Below, one piece after another: positions 45,701 to 54,133 of a stretch of 59,551 bases of DNA (positions are counted from its first letter, which is position 1; every line of letters begins with the position of its first letter). Below the pieces are notes generated by a model. The model saw nothing but the letters and a program-made list of their open reading frames with translations, ran no database searches and was not told the origin of the DNA. Origin of the DNA: a virus (lineage: Duplodnaviria; Caudoviricetes). The stretch lies in the IMG/VR virus record IMGVR_UViG_3300036768_001410, positions 1 through 59,551 of that record, one strand, 5' to 3'. The position numbers and the translations under genes were made by a program.

Positions 45701-48661
45701 CGGGAGCAGATAGGGGATTCTACTCGTGCTGATATTGGGGAGCGAATAGCCGTTTTGGATAGGAGTGTGGGTCGTTTGGAAACGGCACTTCAGCGGGGAA
45801 AATTGACTGAGCGGGCTATCCAGCGGTTGGAGCGTCAGCGACAGCGATTGTTGGAAGAGCGTCAAACGTTGATGTCGCGTTATAGTAGCGTTACGGAGGA
45901 GCCGTTTGATGTGGACACGGTGAAGGAGCATCTCAAAGACGCTCAGAGTGTCTTGAGGCAGGTGCGTCGAGATACGGCGTTTCACGAGCGTATTCGGGAG
46001 CGTGCGGACAAGATTCAGGTGACTATTGACTCTATCTTGTCGGATGAGGCGGCGCTCTTTGATAAGCTAGATGCCATCGCTGGTAAGAAGAACACGCCCC
46101 CAGAGGCGATTGATGCCGTGAAAGAGCAAATCCAGCGGGTTCATGGGCGCAGGATGAAGGTGCTCAATCGCCAACTGGAATCTCTTCAACAAGCTTTCAA
46201 GGAGCCCGATGCATATGACCCGTTGGTGTTCCATGTGGACGAATCCGGGAAGGTCATTACAACGCCTCTAACTCAAGCCGTCAACCGAGTCGAGCAACTA
46301 TCAAAGGCTCTCTCCGATGCCCGTTCCGTAGAAAAACTCTCTTCACAGGTTGCCGGCGTTGAAAAGGAACTCGAATTAAAGAACCAACGGCTTTCTACGT
46401 TATATCGCCAGACAGCGGATGCTACTACGGAAGATGCGCGGAATGCTCTAGCAGAGGAGATTACCAGCACGAAAGACGAAATCCGAGAGCTCAACAAGAA
46501 GCTTACCGTAGCAAGGAAGGTGGAGAAGAAAGAACGACTCCTTCGTCGAACCGAAACGGAACAAGAACGTATTGAAAATCAAATTGCTAACCTTATAGCC
46601 GGCATGCAAGAAACTCTAACGCTTGGGAGGAATGTTGACCTTGAAGAGCGTATTTTCGTCCGGCGAACACGTCGTACCGCCGAGCCTGTTGTCAGCGGAA
46701 AAGATGCAATCCTGAGGAATACAAATGAACGTGTCCGGGTAGTCAATGTATTCGACGAACCGCAACCCGATGGCTCTGTGCAGAAGAGGGCGATTATCCG
46801 ACGGAATGTAGGAACTACGGAGGAACGCGAAGAATCGGTTGAATATTCTAAGTTAAAGAGCATGCCGTCGTTCCAGCATCTTAGAATATTCACTCCAACG
46901 CAGGCCCATATCGAGCTAGTCAACGACGAGTTTGGCTTCATGTTTGACCCCAACTTTGTTCGTGCCGCGGCTACACGTGCTCAGGCACATGCGCGAACCG
47001 TGACTCTCAGTGAGTTATATGAGGAGTTAATTGATTCGGGGTTTGCAAAGCCGGTCTCGGAGGCTCCAAAGCAGGGATGGACTGAATCTCGTTACATAGA
47101 GGGCTATGCGGTTCCTAAGGAGGTAGAACAAGCCATTCATCAGGCGTTCTTCAACTGGGGAACCATGAATCCGGTATGGAAAAAGGCGGGGCTTATCTTC
47201 GATAAAATACAGCAAATTGATAAGCGATTCAAGACGCAGTACTTCCCCGGATTCACAATACAAAATATATGGTCGAACATGTGGAACATGTATACCACGA
47301 TTGGGGCAGAGACGTTCAATCCTGCCACGTCTGCGCTGGCCATGCAGCTTGTCCATCGGGACATGGTCACTAAGCGGTTGGAACGGAAAGCCGCTCTTGT
47401 TACGGAGGAAGGTGTTGCGGTACGTCGTGCATTAGAAACCCTCAATAATGAACCTATCTTGACGGATTTCAGTGGAAAGGAATGGACATGGGGGCAACTA
47501 AGGCAGGAGCTTCAGCGCCGCGACGTCGCCTTCACCGATTCATACTACGGCATTATTGACGATATGGATGCGCCCTTTGTAAAGAAGGCGCAGGGCATTC
47601 AGAAGCAAACGCCTCTGCGAAGGGTTATGGCTGCCGGAGGTAAGGTGCTTGAGGCCCCTATCGAGATGAACCAAGTGGTGGAGGAATTGGCCCGTGTTCA
47701 TGTGTTTCTATCGGAACTCAAAAAGGGAATGTCCCCGGATTTGGCGGCCGAGAGGGTTCAGCAGGCGCTCTTCCACTATCGCTCTGTAACGCCTTTCGAG
47801 AAATACGTCCTTTCTAGGCTCATCCCATTCTATAAGTTCTCTCGGAAAAACCTCGAACTTCAGGCAAAGGCATTAATCTCAGCACCGGGGCGCCTTGCTA
47901 TTCAACACAGAATGATGAATGCCCTAGAGGATGCCCTGGAAGAGGAACCCCTCGATGAAGACACCATGCAAACCCTGCCCCCTCACGTGAGGCAAGGGCT
48001 GGGGATTGTAATAAGGGCTAAGGAAGGCGGGCTAGTAAGTACAGTTAACTCTTTGCGAACTCCATTTGAGTCGGCGATGGAGACTGCTGAGGCTTTTGTG
48101 CCGGTTAAGCTAGCGCCGGAGATGAAGCTTAAGTCTCTGCAAGAGGGATTTTTGACATCGGGCGGGTTTGGCCTGCAGGCAACATCTTCGTTGATTCGAG
48201 TGCCTTTTGAAGTGCTAGCTAACGTGCGTGTCTTTGGTGGGTTCCGACAAATTGGCGATACGGTAGATATAACTTCTCTTTATAAACTGTCTCGATATAT
48301 TCCTCCTTTGGCTAAGACTGTAGACCTTCTTTTGGAGCCACGTCTCGATGTAGGTTCTGGGCAGGTAATAACATCTCATCCACGAGCGGCATATTTTCTT
48401 GCTCAGGCGATACCGGGGTTATCTAGGGCTACGGCGGACTTCGGGAAGATTGCTAACGAAAAACCTACAGCAATCGAAAAGTGGGTCGAGTTCATTAACA
48501 TCGCAGACCTATCTCACTTCACTCCAAAGGACTTTGTCGCTCTCAGGCAAAAGTGGTTCCAAGAGCAGGCTAAGAAGCAACGATATCTCCTATCGCCTAC
48601 TCCTCAGCAGATAAGCAACAACCAACCAGACATGCTCAACACGGAAAACTACATCAGATAG
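42794..48661 (+). CDS. Very large internal virion/DNA-transfer protein
   Basis: 1955 aa; FDPLNW, YAPH, PGFTIQN, and C-terminal LFHY..TPFEK..SRLIPFYKF typical of large podophage ejection proteins. Confidence 0.65.
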   Translation: MRAMRSTPMSTALQRAREEQEARERRLRELADAMNRSIGFAGARDNLSSAPALPVSRPDVGMMTTAQRAQVARGLSAFEPPTASERHALGIQVSKGLLPYEHAPKALPSLPSPPSPSSPPSPSSLSSSAPSSPSPSSSPSSLPAPSAPADVVSEDSNGDAESGRYQQLADAMNQAFARELGQQGPQGTPRFRGHGATAEIPEPEVPIGTFIKPELREWARNPLRNPLNPLDPRNISFLSALGAEAGLVAGKTVQETVKGIVGLWTATENELKQMPETIRRNSRSIVESVGTAAGLPEEDIQRGVSTASVVSSVAGAPASAAGKGMELLGRGVVQGLILPAFNAAQSAWWGVLTLGKEQTIGRLAGKEPTLGLSELGGAVLGKTEPIEARRFLFGETPRKGKQHLIEARIQNIRGELSDEELVKAVRMEAMKSIISGASNILFDPLNWITVGEGTAAKIAGREGAIALTRQGTRRLAEAIALGSEKAKGLVQLEKNVLVNRTLEEANAIRTGASDLSSVIQRTVSPQFTAKSQIINPSIAKDLMARGFKDAEVIDRVGEITGRAIQREVADWLKDLQFIARTGKRKLPDGTIQAVAPQERAFAKGFIRENVASGLLHVNYPTVTKSSTGAVRLAMSEKQFLDVGKYAAIASTIPQLQSVQKAVEGALAVPLSLISNNWVTDWKNLGRGGVQGRVPPVVAKLIGISRDNMMFRTQEVLKRLWNTAVENNLTPEESELVQTALDTGRSLDNPRLESLRQSLANDPVVNEGIRDGKRLLDLHTHILRAYPDIDAADATTILSAIKRNISLENPRLEAVRAQVADLYKDMIRIEQASGLTISEIEEGYAPHVLPPYRDALKQTKELLKRRGISKESPEWETTIRQVQSRYEEEGFLKKATTGKNPAFAKHRGLFLLTYQDEAGNLQQIIASPSTLLAKPTTLDKVLNGILAKPLSIREKLSQRIEDYNFSIQQLREQIGDSTRADIGERIAVLDRSVGRLETALQRGKLTERAIQRLERQRQRLLEERQTLMSRYSSVTEEPFDVDTVKEHLKDAQSVLRQVRRDTAFHERIRERADKIQVTIDSILSDEAALFDKLDAIAGKKNTPPEAIDAVKEQIQRVHGRRMKVLNRQLESLQQAFKEPDAYDPLVFHVDESGKVITTPLTQAVNRVEQLSKALSDARSVEKLSSQVAGVEKELELKNQRLSTLYRQTADATTEDARNALAEEITSTKDEIRELNKKLTVARKVEKKERLLRRTETEQERIENQIANLIAGMQETLTLGRNVDLEERIFVRRTRRTAEPVVSGKDAILRNTNERVRVVNVFDEPQPDGSVQKRAIIRRNVGTTEEREESVEYSKLKSMPSFQHLRIFTPTQAHIELVNDEFGFMFDPNFVRAAATRAQAHARTVTLSELYEELIDSGFAKPVSEAPKQGWTESRYIEGYAVPKEVEQAIHQAFFNWGTMNPVWKKAGLIFDKIQQIDKRFKTQYFPGFTIQNIWSNMWNMYTTIGAETFNPATSALAMQLVHRDMVTKRLERKAALVTEEGVAVRRALETLNNEPILTDFSGKEWTWGQLRQELQRRDVAFTDSYYGIIDDMDAPFVKKAQGIQKQTPLRRVMAAGGKVLEAPIEMNQVVEELARVHVFLSELKKGMSPDLAAERVQQALFHYRSVTPFEKYVLSRLIPFYKFSRKNLELQAKALISAPGRLAIQHRMMNALEDALEEEPLDEDTMQTLPPHVRQGLGIVIRAKEGGLVSTVNSLRTPFESAMETAEAFVPVKLAPEMKLKSLQEGFLTSGGFGLQATSSLIRVPFEVLANVRVFGGFRQIGDTVDITSLYKLSRYIPPLAKTVDLLLEPRLDVGSGQVITSHPRAAYFLAQAIPGLSRATADFGKIANEKPTAIEKWVEFINIADLSHFTPKDFVALRQKWFQEQAKKQRYLLSPTPQQISNNQPDMLNTENYIR

Positions 48662-48999
48662 CAAAGGAGATACGTATGTAAAAACGAAAAGCAAAACGAA
48701 TTTCAATCAAAATCAAATCGCTCCGAAACAGTTTTCGGTTCGATGACGGCCCTTTGCATACACAATCCAGAAAATTCGATTCGATGACGGCTCAAAACAT
48801 AATAAAACGACGTGATTTTTAACGAAATGCGCGTGTTTTCCTAGTATCTCACGTTATTGTTGCTATGTAGGGGTCATGTAGAGATGTTGAGGTAACGTAG
48901 ACATGGTGCGGGTTAGTGGTGGGTAGTCGGTGGTCATAGGGATAGTACTGAAGAGACGGGTGATGCGGTGTTAGAGGTCGTTTATGAGGGGAGATAGAG

Positions 49000-49482
49000 A
49001 TGAGTAAGGGGCGTCGTATGCGAGTGGATTGGTCGCGATTGGAGTTGTATGCGTCGCAGGGGATATGGAGTGAGAGTCGTTTAGCGGTTTTATTGGGGTT
49101 GAGTCCGACGTTGTTGCATGCCCGATTGATGAGCGATGCGGAGTTTCGTAGTCGTTGGGAGGAGGCATTGAATAGGGGGAAGGTGGAGATGGAGCTTCGG
49201 TTGTTGAATCGTTTAGAGGAGCGTAGTTCAGAGGGGGATGTTGGGGCGACGGTACAGTTGCTGAGGCGTTTGGAGAAGGACGATAGGGAGGGTTTGTTAG
49301 GAGGGCGGGGTGAGGTTCGCGTTGTAGTGGAGGATGTAGACGTAGCGGGATTGTTGTCGTCGGCAGAGGTTCAGGAGGTGGAGTGGTCACGTCGTAGTCT
49401 AGGTAGGCGTTTGGCGGTTCATGGGCAACGGGAGTTAGAGATAGAGGTGGAGGGGGATGGAGAGGAAGTCGAGGAAGGTTAG
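49000..49482 (+). CDS. terS: Terminase small subunit (putative)
   Basis: HTH followed by EFRSRWEEALNRGK...EGDVGATVQLL pattern. Confidence 0.6.
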   Translation: MSKGRRMRVDWSRLELYASQGIWSESRLAVLLGLSPTLLHARLMSDAEFRSRWEEALNRGKVEMELRLLNRLEERSSEGDVGATVQLLRRLEKDDREGLLGGRGEVRVVVEDVDVAGLLSSAEVQEVEWSRRSLGRRLAVHGQRELEIEVEGDGEEVEEG

Positions 49483-50041
49483 AGATAAGGGTCGTATAGA
49501 GGAGTTGGCGTTGCGTTATAAGGAGAGTCGCGATGAGGCTACATTTGGGTTGTTATACGAATCTTGTAGGGGGTTAGTTTTGGAGTGGAGTAGGGGGATG
49601 GGATTGGATTCCGATTTAGAGGACGTGGAGCAGGAGGTATGGCTATTGGTATTCCGTAAGATAGGCCTGTGGGAGAGTAGAGGGAATAGTTTTTTGAATT
49701 GGCTTTATGTATTGACTCGTAATGTAGTTCGTATGTGGCATAGGAGTAGGAATAGAGAGTTAGAGGGTCGTAGTAGTTATACGAGTTATATGGAGTATCG
49801 TCGTTCTGCGGATGAGTTGCGATGTGTATTGGAGTTGGAGCGTCGGTTACGGATATTAGATGTAGAGCGTTTATCTAGGGAAGTATTAGGGTCTAAGTTA
49901 TCCGAAATAGTATCGTATAGGGTTCAAGGACTATCTCCGGCCGTAGTAGCAGAGTTGCTAGGCAAGAGTAGGGGATCAATTTGCGTATCGTTTCATCGAG
50001 GTGTACATCGCCTTCTGTCGAGGATGTCATGTATTGCGTAA
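49457..50041 (+). CDS. ECF-type sigma factor 2
   Basis: FGLLYE..DLEDVEQEVWLLVFRKI..FLNWLYVLTRN; GLSPAVVAELLGKSRGSI..HRG. Confidence 0.85.
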   Translation: MERKSRKVRDKGRIEELALRYKESRDEATFGLLYESCRGLVLEWSRGMGLDSDLEDVEQEVWLLVFRKIGLWESRGNSFLNWLYVLTRNVVRMWHRSRNRELEGRSSYTSYMEYRRSADELRCVLELERRLRILDVERLSREVLGSKLSEIVSYRVQGLSPAVVAELLGKSRGSICVSFHRGVHRLLSRMSCIA

Positions 50042-50063
50042 CGTAAGGCTCTTCGTAGTCGTA
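50038..50063 (+). promoter_or_regulatory. Putative ECF (middle) promoter GTAAC-N17-CGTA
   Basis: Motif match about 30 bp upstream of 50094. Confidence 0.6.
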
Positions 50064-50093
50064 TATACGTAGGAAGAAGAGAGGAGGTATGGG

Positions 50094-50486
50094 ATGTCGA
50101 ATGGTCAGAAGGTTCGGGTGGATAATCGAGAGGTGATACGGTTACGTAGTGAGAATGAGAGTTTGCGTAGTGAGTTGGAGCGGTTGCGTGCTGAGCAAAA
50201 GAATGTTCAGCAGGCGCTTCAGGAGGAGGCAGTGGCTCGTGAGCAGTATTTGAATTACTTGTTAGAGTTGCGGATGTTGGTAGCGACGTTAACGACGGGC
50301 ATGTATCAGGCGGTGCATTTGTTCAATCCGGCGGACATGGTAGAGGCTGGTCGTCGGATAGAGGCGATGATGACGGCACAGTTGCGAATGGGGGATGCTC
50401 GTCAGAAGGTAGCGGCGACCGTAGAGAAGGAGTTGTCTGAGAAGAAGGGTACAGAGGAAGAAGAGGAGGAGGTAGAGAAGGTATGA
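50094..50486 (+). CDS. Coiled-coil protein
   Basis: GAGGAGG SD; heptad repeats. Confidence 0.6.
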   Translation: MSNGQKVRVDNREVIRLRSENESLRSELERLRAEQKNVQQALQEEAVAREQYLNYLLELRMLVATLTTGMYQAVHLFNPADMVEAGRRIEAMMTAQLRMGDARQKVAATVEKELSEKKGTEEEEEEVEKV

Positions 50487-50716
50487 GGGGATATTATACG
50501 TTGCGAGAGATAGAGAAGTTGTTTGGTATAGGCAGTCACCGTATTACTCGTTGGATACGGGAGGGTCGTTTTCCGGTGAGTTGGGAGAAGGTAGGGCCGT
50601 ATTTCAATTCGCCGATATTGGTTGTTAGGGAGGAGTTTGATGAGTGGTGGAAGGAGCATAGTTATTTAGCGGAGCTTCCGATGCGTCGAAAGGATGAGGA
50701 AAAGGCGGAAGATTGA
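50483..50716 (+). CDS. Excisionase/AlpA-like HTH protein
   Basis: YYTLREIEKLFGIGSHRITRWIREGRFP. Confidence 0.7.
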   Translation: MRGYYTLREIEKLFGIGSHRITRWIREGRFPVSWEKVGPYFNSPILVVREEFDEWWKEHSYLAELPMRRKDEEKAED

Positions 50717-50806
50717 CTTCCGCCTTTTGTACAGGTCTCGCAGTGAGGTATTCCGCATCATAGATGATAAGGGTTTGGCTTGATTGAATCAAGGGAGGGC
50801 TGTCTC

Positions 50807-51382
50807 ATGGACAACGAGGCGATGGATGCAATGCGTGTGAAGAACGCAAATGCGGTTCTTGCGCGAGTGATATTCCGCCATGCGTGGATAACTCGTCGAA
50901 TCGAGGAGATTGAGCATGAACTTTCCATTTATCGAGAGTACTACGACTCGCTGTCTTCATTGTTGTCTCTCGTAGAGGGGCGTTCGAGGGATTCAAGGGA
51001 GTTGGATTCAGCAAAGTCGCCGTTGGATGATGGCTTTCGATTCCGTAATGCGGAAGTAGAGGTTAGCCGGTGGCTACGACAACATTCGTTCGTGGATGGG
51101 CCCGTAACGGATATGAGCGGGAAGGTTGGGTTCAAGCTTCCCGACGGTAATGTTTGGGTTGATGCGTCCGCGTTTGAAGAGGCTTTTGGAGAGAGATACG
51201 ATGTGCGGGCATTGCTGGGTCATCTGGCTCGGCAGGGCTTGATAGAGACGATTCGGGACCACGAAGGGAAGCTTCGGTTTCGTGTGTATCGAAGGATAGG
51301 CGGGCATCGTCGTTCGTTTATCGTGTTTCGTAAGGGGTTCGCCGGAAAAACGCACGCATTTGCCCTTAGGGGCGTTCGATGA
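50807..51382 (+). CDS. Protein with a DUF927/Cch C-terminal wHTH-like domain
   Basis: VGF..VWV..AFEE..YDVRALL..L...GLIE..GK..IGG pattern; its 3' end runs into palindrome copy 3. Confidence 0.45.
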   Translation: MDNEAMDAMRVKNANAVLARVIFRHAWITRRIEEIEHELSIYREYYDSLSSLLSLVEGRSRDSRELDSAKSPLDDGFRFRNAEVEVSRWLRQHSFVDGPVTDMSGKVGFKLPDGNVWVDASAFEEAFGERYDVRALLGHLARQGLIETIRDHEGKLRFRVYRRIGGHRRSFIVFRKGFAGKTHAFALRGVR

Positions 51383-51445
51383 GGGTCTCACGTATCTGAA
51401 CTATCCCGGCACGATTTGAAGCGCTGTACGCGCCCCAGAATGCGC
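51345..51445. repeat. Long palindromic element, copy 3 (degenerate, reversed relative to copy 2)
   Basis: GAAAAACGCACGCATTTGCCC..CTCACGTATCTGAACTATCCCG aligns to the reverse complement of 14014-14077. Confidence 0.7.
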
Positions 51446-51478
51446 CGTATATAGCAACGCCTTTCAGAAAATTTCGTA

Positions 51479-51600
51479 GTAACTTTTTTCGTGCGCTTTT
51501 CGTTTATCCTCTTGACATACTACGCCGTTCGTAGTATACTGTAGTCAACGTCGTCGAGGGTTGGTCGGGCATGGGGTCCGGCGCGGCGGCGGAGGAGAAA
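51479..51600 (+). promoter_or_regulatory. Cassette 1 control region: ECF promoter, sigma70 promoter with operator, leader hairpin
   Basis: GTAAC-N17-CGTT; TTGACA-TACTACGCCGTTCGTAG-TATACT. Confidence 0.8.
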
Positions 51601-51605
51601 AGGGA

Positions 51606-52286
51606 ATGTTGCCTGAAGAAGTTATTACTATTCTTCTACAGGAGACGAAGTCTCTTGTAGGTAGAAATTTCAAGGTCTTCGAGTCTGCCCTCCGTAGGGC
51701 AGCTCAAGAGCTGCCATTGGAATGGTGGCAGCAACGGCTGAATCTCACTGTAGAGGAACTCCTCCGTCAAAGTGAGATTCGGTGGCGGGTGGGAGAAGTA
51801 GCCGCAGAGGTGGTGAAGGCCACAAGAGCGGCTGCAGCAGAAAGGCTCCCGGAAGCCGTGAAAACGGTTGCCCAGGAGATCGAGACCGAATTTTTCGGTC
51901 TTCCTCACCCACCAATTAAGGGTGGCGTGATGGAGACTGAACAATATCTCACGCGGGAATGGTTCGCGTGGGGTTCCGAAAAGGAGGAGGGTCACTATAC
52001 GGAGACGGTGCCCCTCCTTCCGAAGGGGGCACACGACTCCGCAGCGTGGAAGGAGATAATCCTTGCACGTCTTGCGGAGGTGTGCGGCCTCCAAAGCCCT
52101 CCTGTCGAAATTGAGGAGGGCGCGGAGGAAGGTGCCGAGCCGGAGTCCTCTATTTTGAGGGAGGCCCGGCGTATCTACAAGGAACTCTTTGTGGAGGTGG
52201 AGTGTCGCCTCCGCAATGAGGATAAGTACGAAAGCCCCGTGCGAGTACGGGTGGCCGTACCTCGTGGATGGCTATCGGAATCTTAG
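51606..52286 (+). CDS. Hypothetical early protein
   Basis: ATG follows the conserved leader and SD. Confidence 0.65.
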   Translation: MLPEEVITILLQETKSLVGRNFKVFESALRRAAQELPLEWWQQRLNLTVEELLRQSEIRWRVGEVAAEVVKATRAAAAERLPEAVKTVAQEIETEFFGLPHPPIKGGVMETEQYLTREWFAWGSEKEEGHYTETVPLLPKGAHDSAAWKEIILARLAEVCGLQSPPVEIEEGAEEGAEPESSILREARRIYKELFVEVECRLRNEDKYESPVRVRVAVPRGWLSES

Positions 52287-52298
52287 GAGGAAGAGAAG

Positions 52299-52556
52299 AT
52301 GAGTCATCATACATTCGATTCCCTCCTCGGCAATGCCGAGGTGAGGATGAAGAAGGCATGGTGGCGGTATGTATCCGCCATGAGAGAGGAGGACAAACTG
52401 AAAGACGCCATCAAGTTTGGCGTCATCAAAGAAACCCGCAAGGTGAGAGAACTTCGGAAGCTTCTCCGAAGAAAAACGGAGAAGGCTTCTAAGGAATGGA
52501 TAGACTATTCTAATCGTCTCATCGCCCTCTACGAGAGGGCTAAGAAGGAGGAGTAA
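52299..52556 (+). CDS. Small helical basic protein
   Basis: AGGAGG SD. Confidence 0.6.
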   Translation: MSHHTFDSLLGNAEVRMKKAWWRYVSAMREEDKLKDAIKFGVIKETRKVRELRKLLRRKTEKASKEWIDYSNRLIALYERAKKEE

Positions 52557-52557
52557 C

Positions 52558-52920
52558 ATGTTCTTTAACGTAAGCAACCACCCTCACGAGAAGTGGGGGG
52601 AACGCCAGCTGGAAGAGGCTCGGCGGCTCGGCGGGGAAATTGTGGACATCCCCTTCCCCAACGTATCGCCGACGCTGGATACCGAGGAGTTGGAGGACCT
52701 CGTGTATTCTGTTATCAAGCAGGTACACGAGAAGCGGGATGGCAAACAAGATGTCGCTCTTGTCCAGGGCGAGCACACTCTTACGTTCTTGCTAGTCAAT
52801 AAGCTGGCGGAACTTGGGGTCGTGCCCGTCGCTGCCACTTCGGAGCGGCGAGTGACCGAGACTCCACAAGGGAAAGTCTCGGTATTTGAATTCTGCAAGT
52901 TCCGCCGCTATCCGTTTTAG
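52558..52920 (+). CDS. Csx20-like stand-alone protein (candidate ring nuclease/anti-CRISPR)
   Basis: N..NHP..W...Q, DIPFP, D.ALVQGE, ATSER..E, F.F.KFRRY, matching the Csx20-family layout. Confidence 0.6.
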   Translation: MFFNVSNHPHEKWGERQLEEARRLGGEIVDIPFPNVSPTLDTEELEDLVYSVIKQVHEKRDGKQDVALVQGEHTLTFLLVNKLAELGVVPVAATSERRVTETPQGKVSVFEFCKFRRYPF

Positions 52921-52928
52921 GTTTCCAT

Positions 52929-52961
52929 AGCGCCCGTCGCCTACAAGCGGCGGGCGCTTTT
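52929..52961 (+). terminator. Intrinsic terminator
   Basis: AGCGCCCGTCGC/GCGGCGGGCGCT followed by TTT. Confidence 0.7.
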
Positions 52962-52976
52962 GCTTAGGAGAATAAA

Positions 52977-53159
52977 ATGCGCCCATACTCATTTTTGTAT
53001 GAGACACCGGAAGAGGCGGAGGAAGCCCGCCTCTTGGACTTCCTAGAATGCCTTCACGACGAATACGAAGGCATGGAACTTCTGTTCGACGATGTCCGTG
53101 AGATGTTGCGGCAAGCGGGAGTTTTCCTCCATCAGGAGGATGAATATGAGATTTCGTAA
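52977..53159 (+). CDS. Small acidic protein
   Basis: AGGAG SD; Glu/Asp-rich, 60 aa. Confidence 0.55.
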   Translation: MRPYSFLYETPEEAEEARLLDFLECLHDEYEGMELLFDDVREMLRQAGVFLHQEDEYEIS

Positions 53160-54117
53160 GATTGTCCTTAAGAACTGGAAGAACTTCAGGGAAACTGAAA
53201 TTAAGGTCGGTGACCATCTCATTCTCGTCGGGGAAAACGCGTCGGGCAAGTCTAACTTGCTCGATGCGTTCCGGTTTTTAAGGGACATTTCCTCCGATGG
53301 AGGAAGCCTGCAGAAGGCAGTGCTGAGTCGAGGAGGAATGAGAAGTATCCGTAACTTTTATGTAAAACAAGAAGATGTATCAATACGCGTGGAGATGGAA
53401 GACGAGTTCGGGAAGCAATGGATTTACGAACTTGTCTTCAAACAAGCCTCACGACCACGAAAAGAAGTGGAGGTCGTGAAAGAATATGTTGCATTCGATG
53501 GACGTTCCTTGCTGGAACGTTCGAATGAAGAAGACAGGAAAGACCCGGCTCGATTGTCTGCGTCTTTTCTGCGTTCTACTGTGGCAAACAAGGACTTTCG
53601 GGTGATTCCAGAGTTTTTCTCTTCTATTCGATTCGCGGGAAGCTTCCTGTGGGAAATGGAAACTACGCCTACTGAGATTCTAGCGTCAAATTTGACGCTC
53701 ATTGAGTGGGAGCTTCAGGATGCCTTGAAGATTAATTTGAGGCTTTCAGTAGAGGAAGAGTACGGACGTACGTCTATCCTCTTTCGGATTGGGCGTAGGA
53801 AAATAAGGGAAGAAGATGTCTCAGAGGGAACGTTTCGGCTGATGGGGTTGCTTTGGGATGCCCTCAATGCAACGGGTCCTCTCCTGATAGAAGAACCGGA
53901 ACGTCATCTTGCTCCAGGGACAGCGTTAAAGCTGTCCAACATCTTGAAAAGGATTAACCCCGACCTCCAAATCATCGCGACTACGAATTCCCACTACGTA
54001 ATTGACAGTTTCGGAGCCATCAACACCGTACGTCTGTTGCGGGCATCGAAGGAAACCCACGTTGTAGAGGGATTAACCTATGTGATGGCGATTATGTTGA
54101 GCCATGCGGAACTCTAG
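53146..54117 (+). CDS. AAA_21/SMC-like ABC ATPase of the defence type, without a nuclease partner
   Basis: LKNWKNF, VGENASGKSN, SEGT signature, LLIEEPE..L.P, and TTNS in place of the usual TTHS. Confidence 0.85.
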   Translation: MRFRKIVLKNWKNFRETEIKVGDHLILVGENASGKSNLLDAFRFLRDISSDGGSLQKAVLSRGGMRSIRNFYVKQEDVSIRVEMEDEFGKQWIYELVFKQASRPRKEVEVVKEYVAFDGRSLLERSNEEDRKDPARLSASFLRSTVANKDFRVIPEFFSSIRFAGSFLWEMETTPTEILASNLTLIEWELQDALKINLRLSVEEEYGRTSILFRIGRRKIREEDVSEGTFRLMGLLWDALNATGPLLIEEPERHLAPGTALKLSNILKRINPDLQIIATTNSHYVIDSFGAINTVRLLRASKETHVVEGLTYVMAIMLSHAEL

Positions 54118-54133
54118 TCCTCACTCTCGTCCT

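Noticed and set aside
48971-49390. Pro-rich minus-strand ORF
   Set aside because: Shadow of the G-rich terS strand
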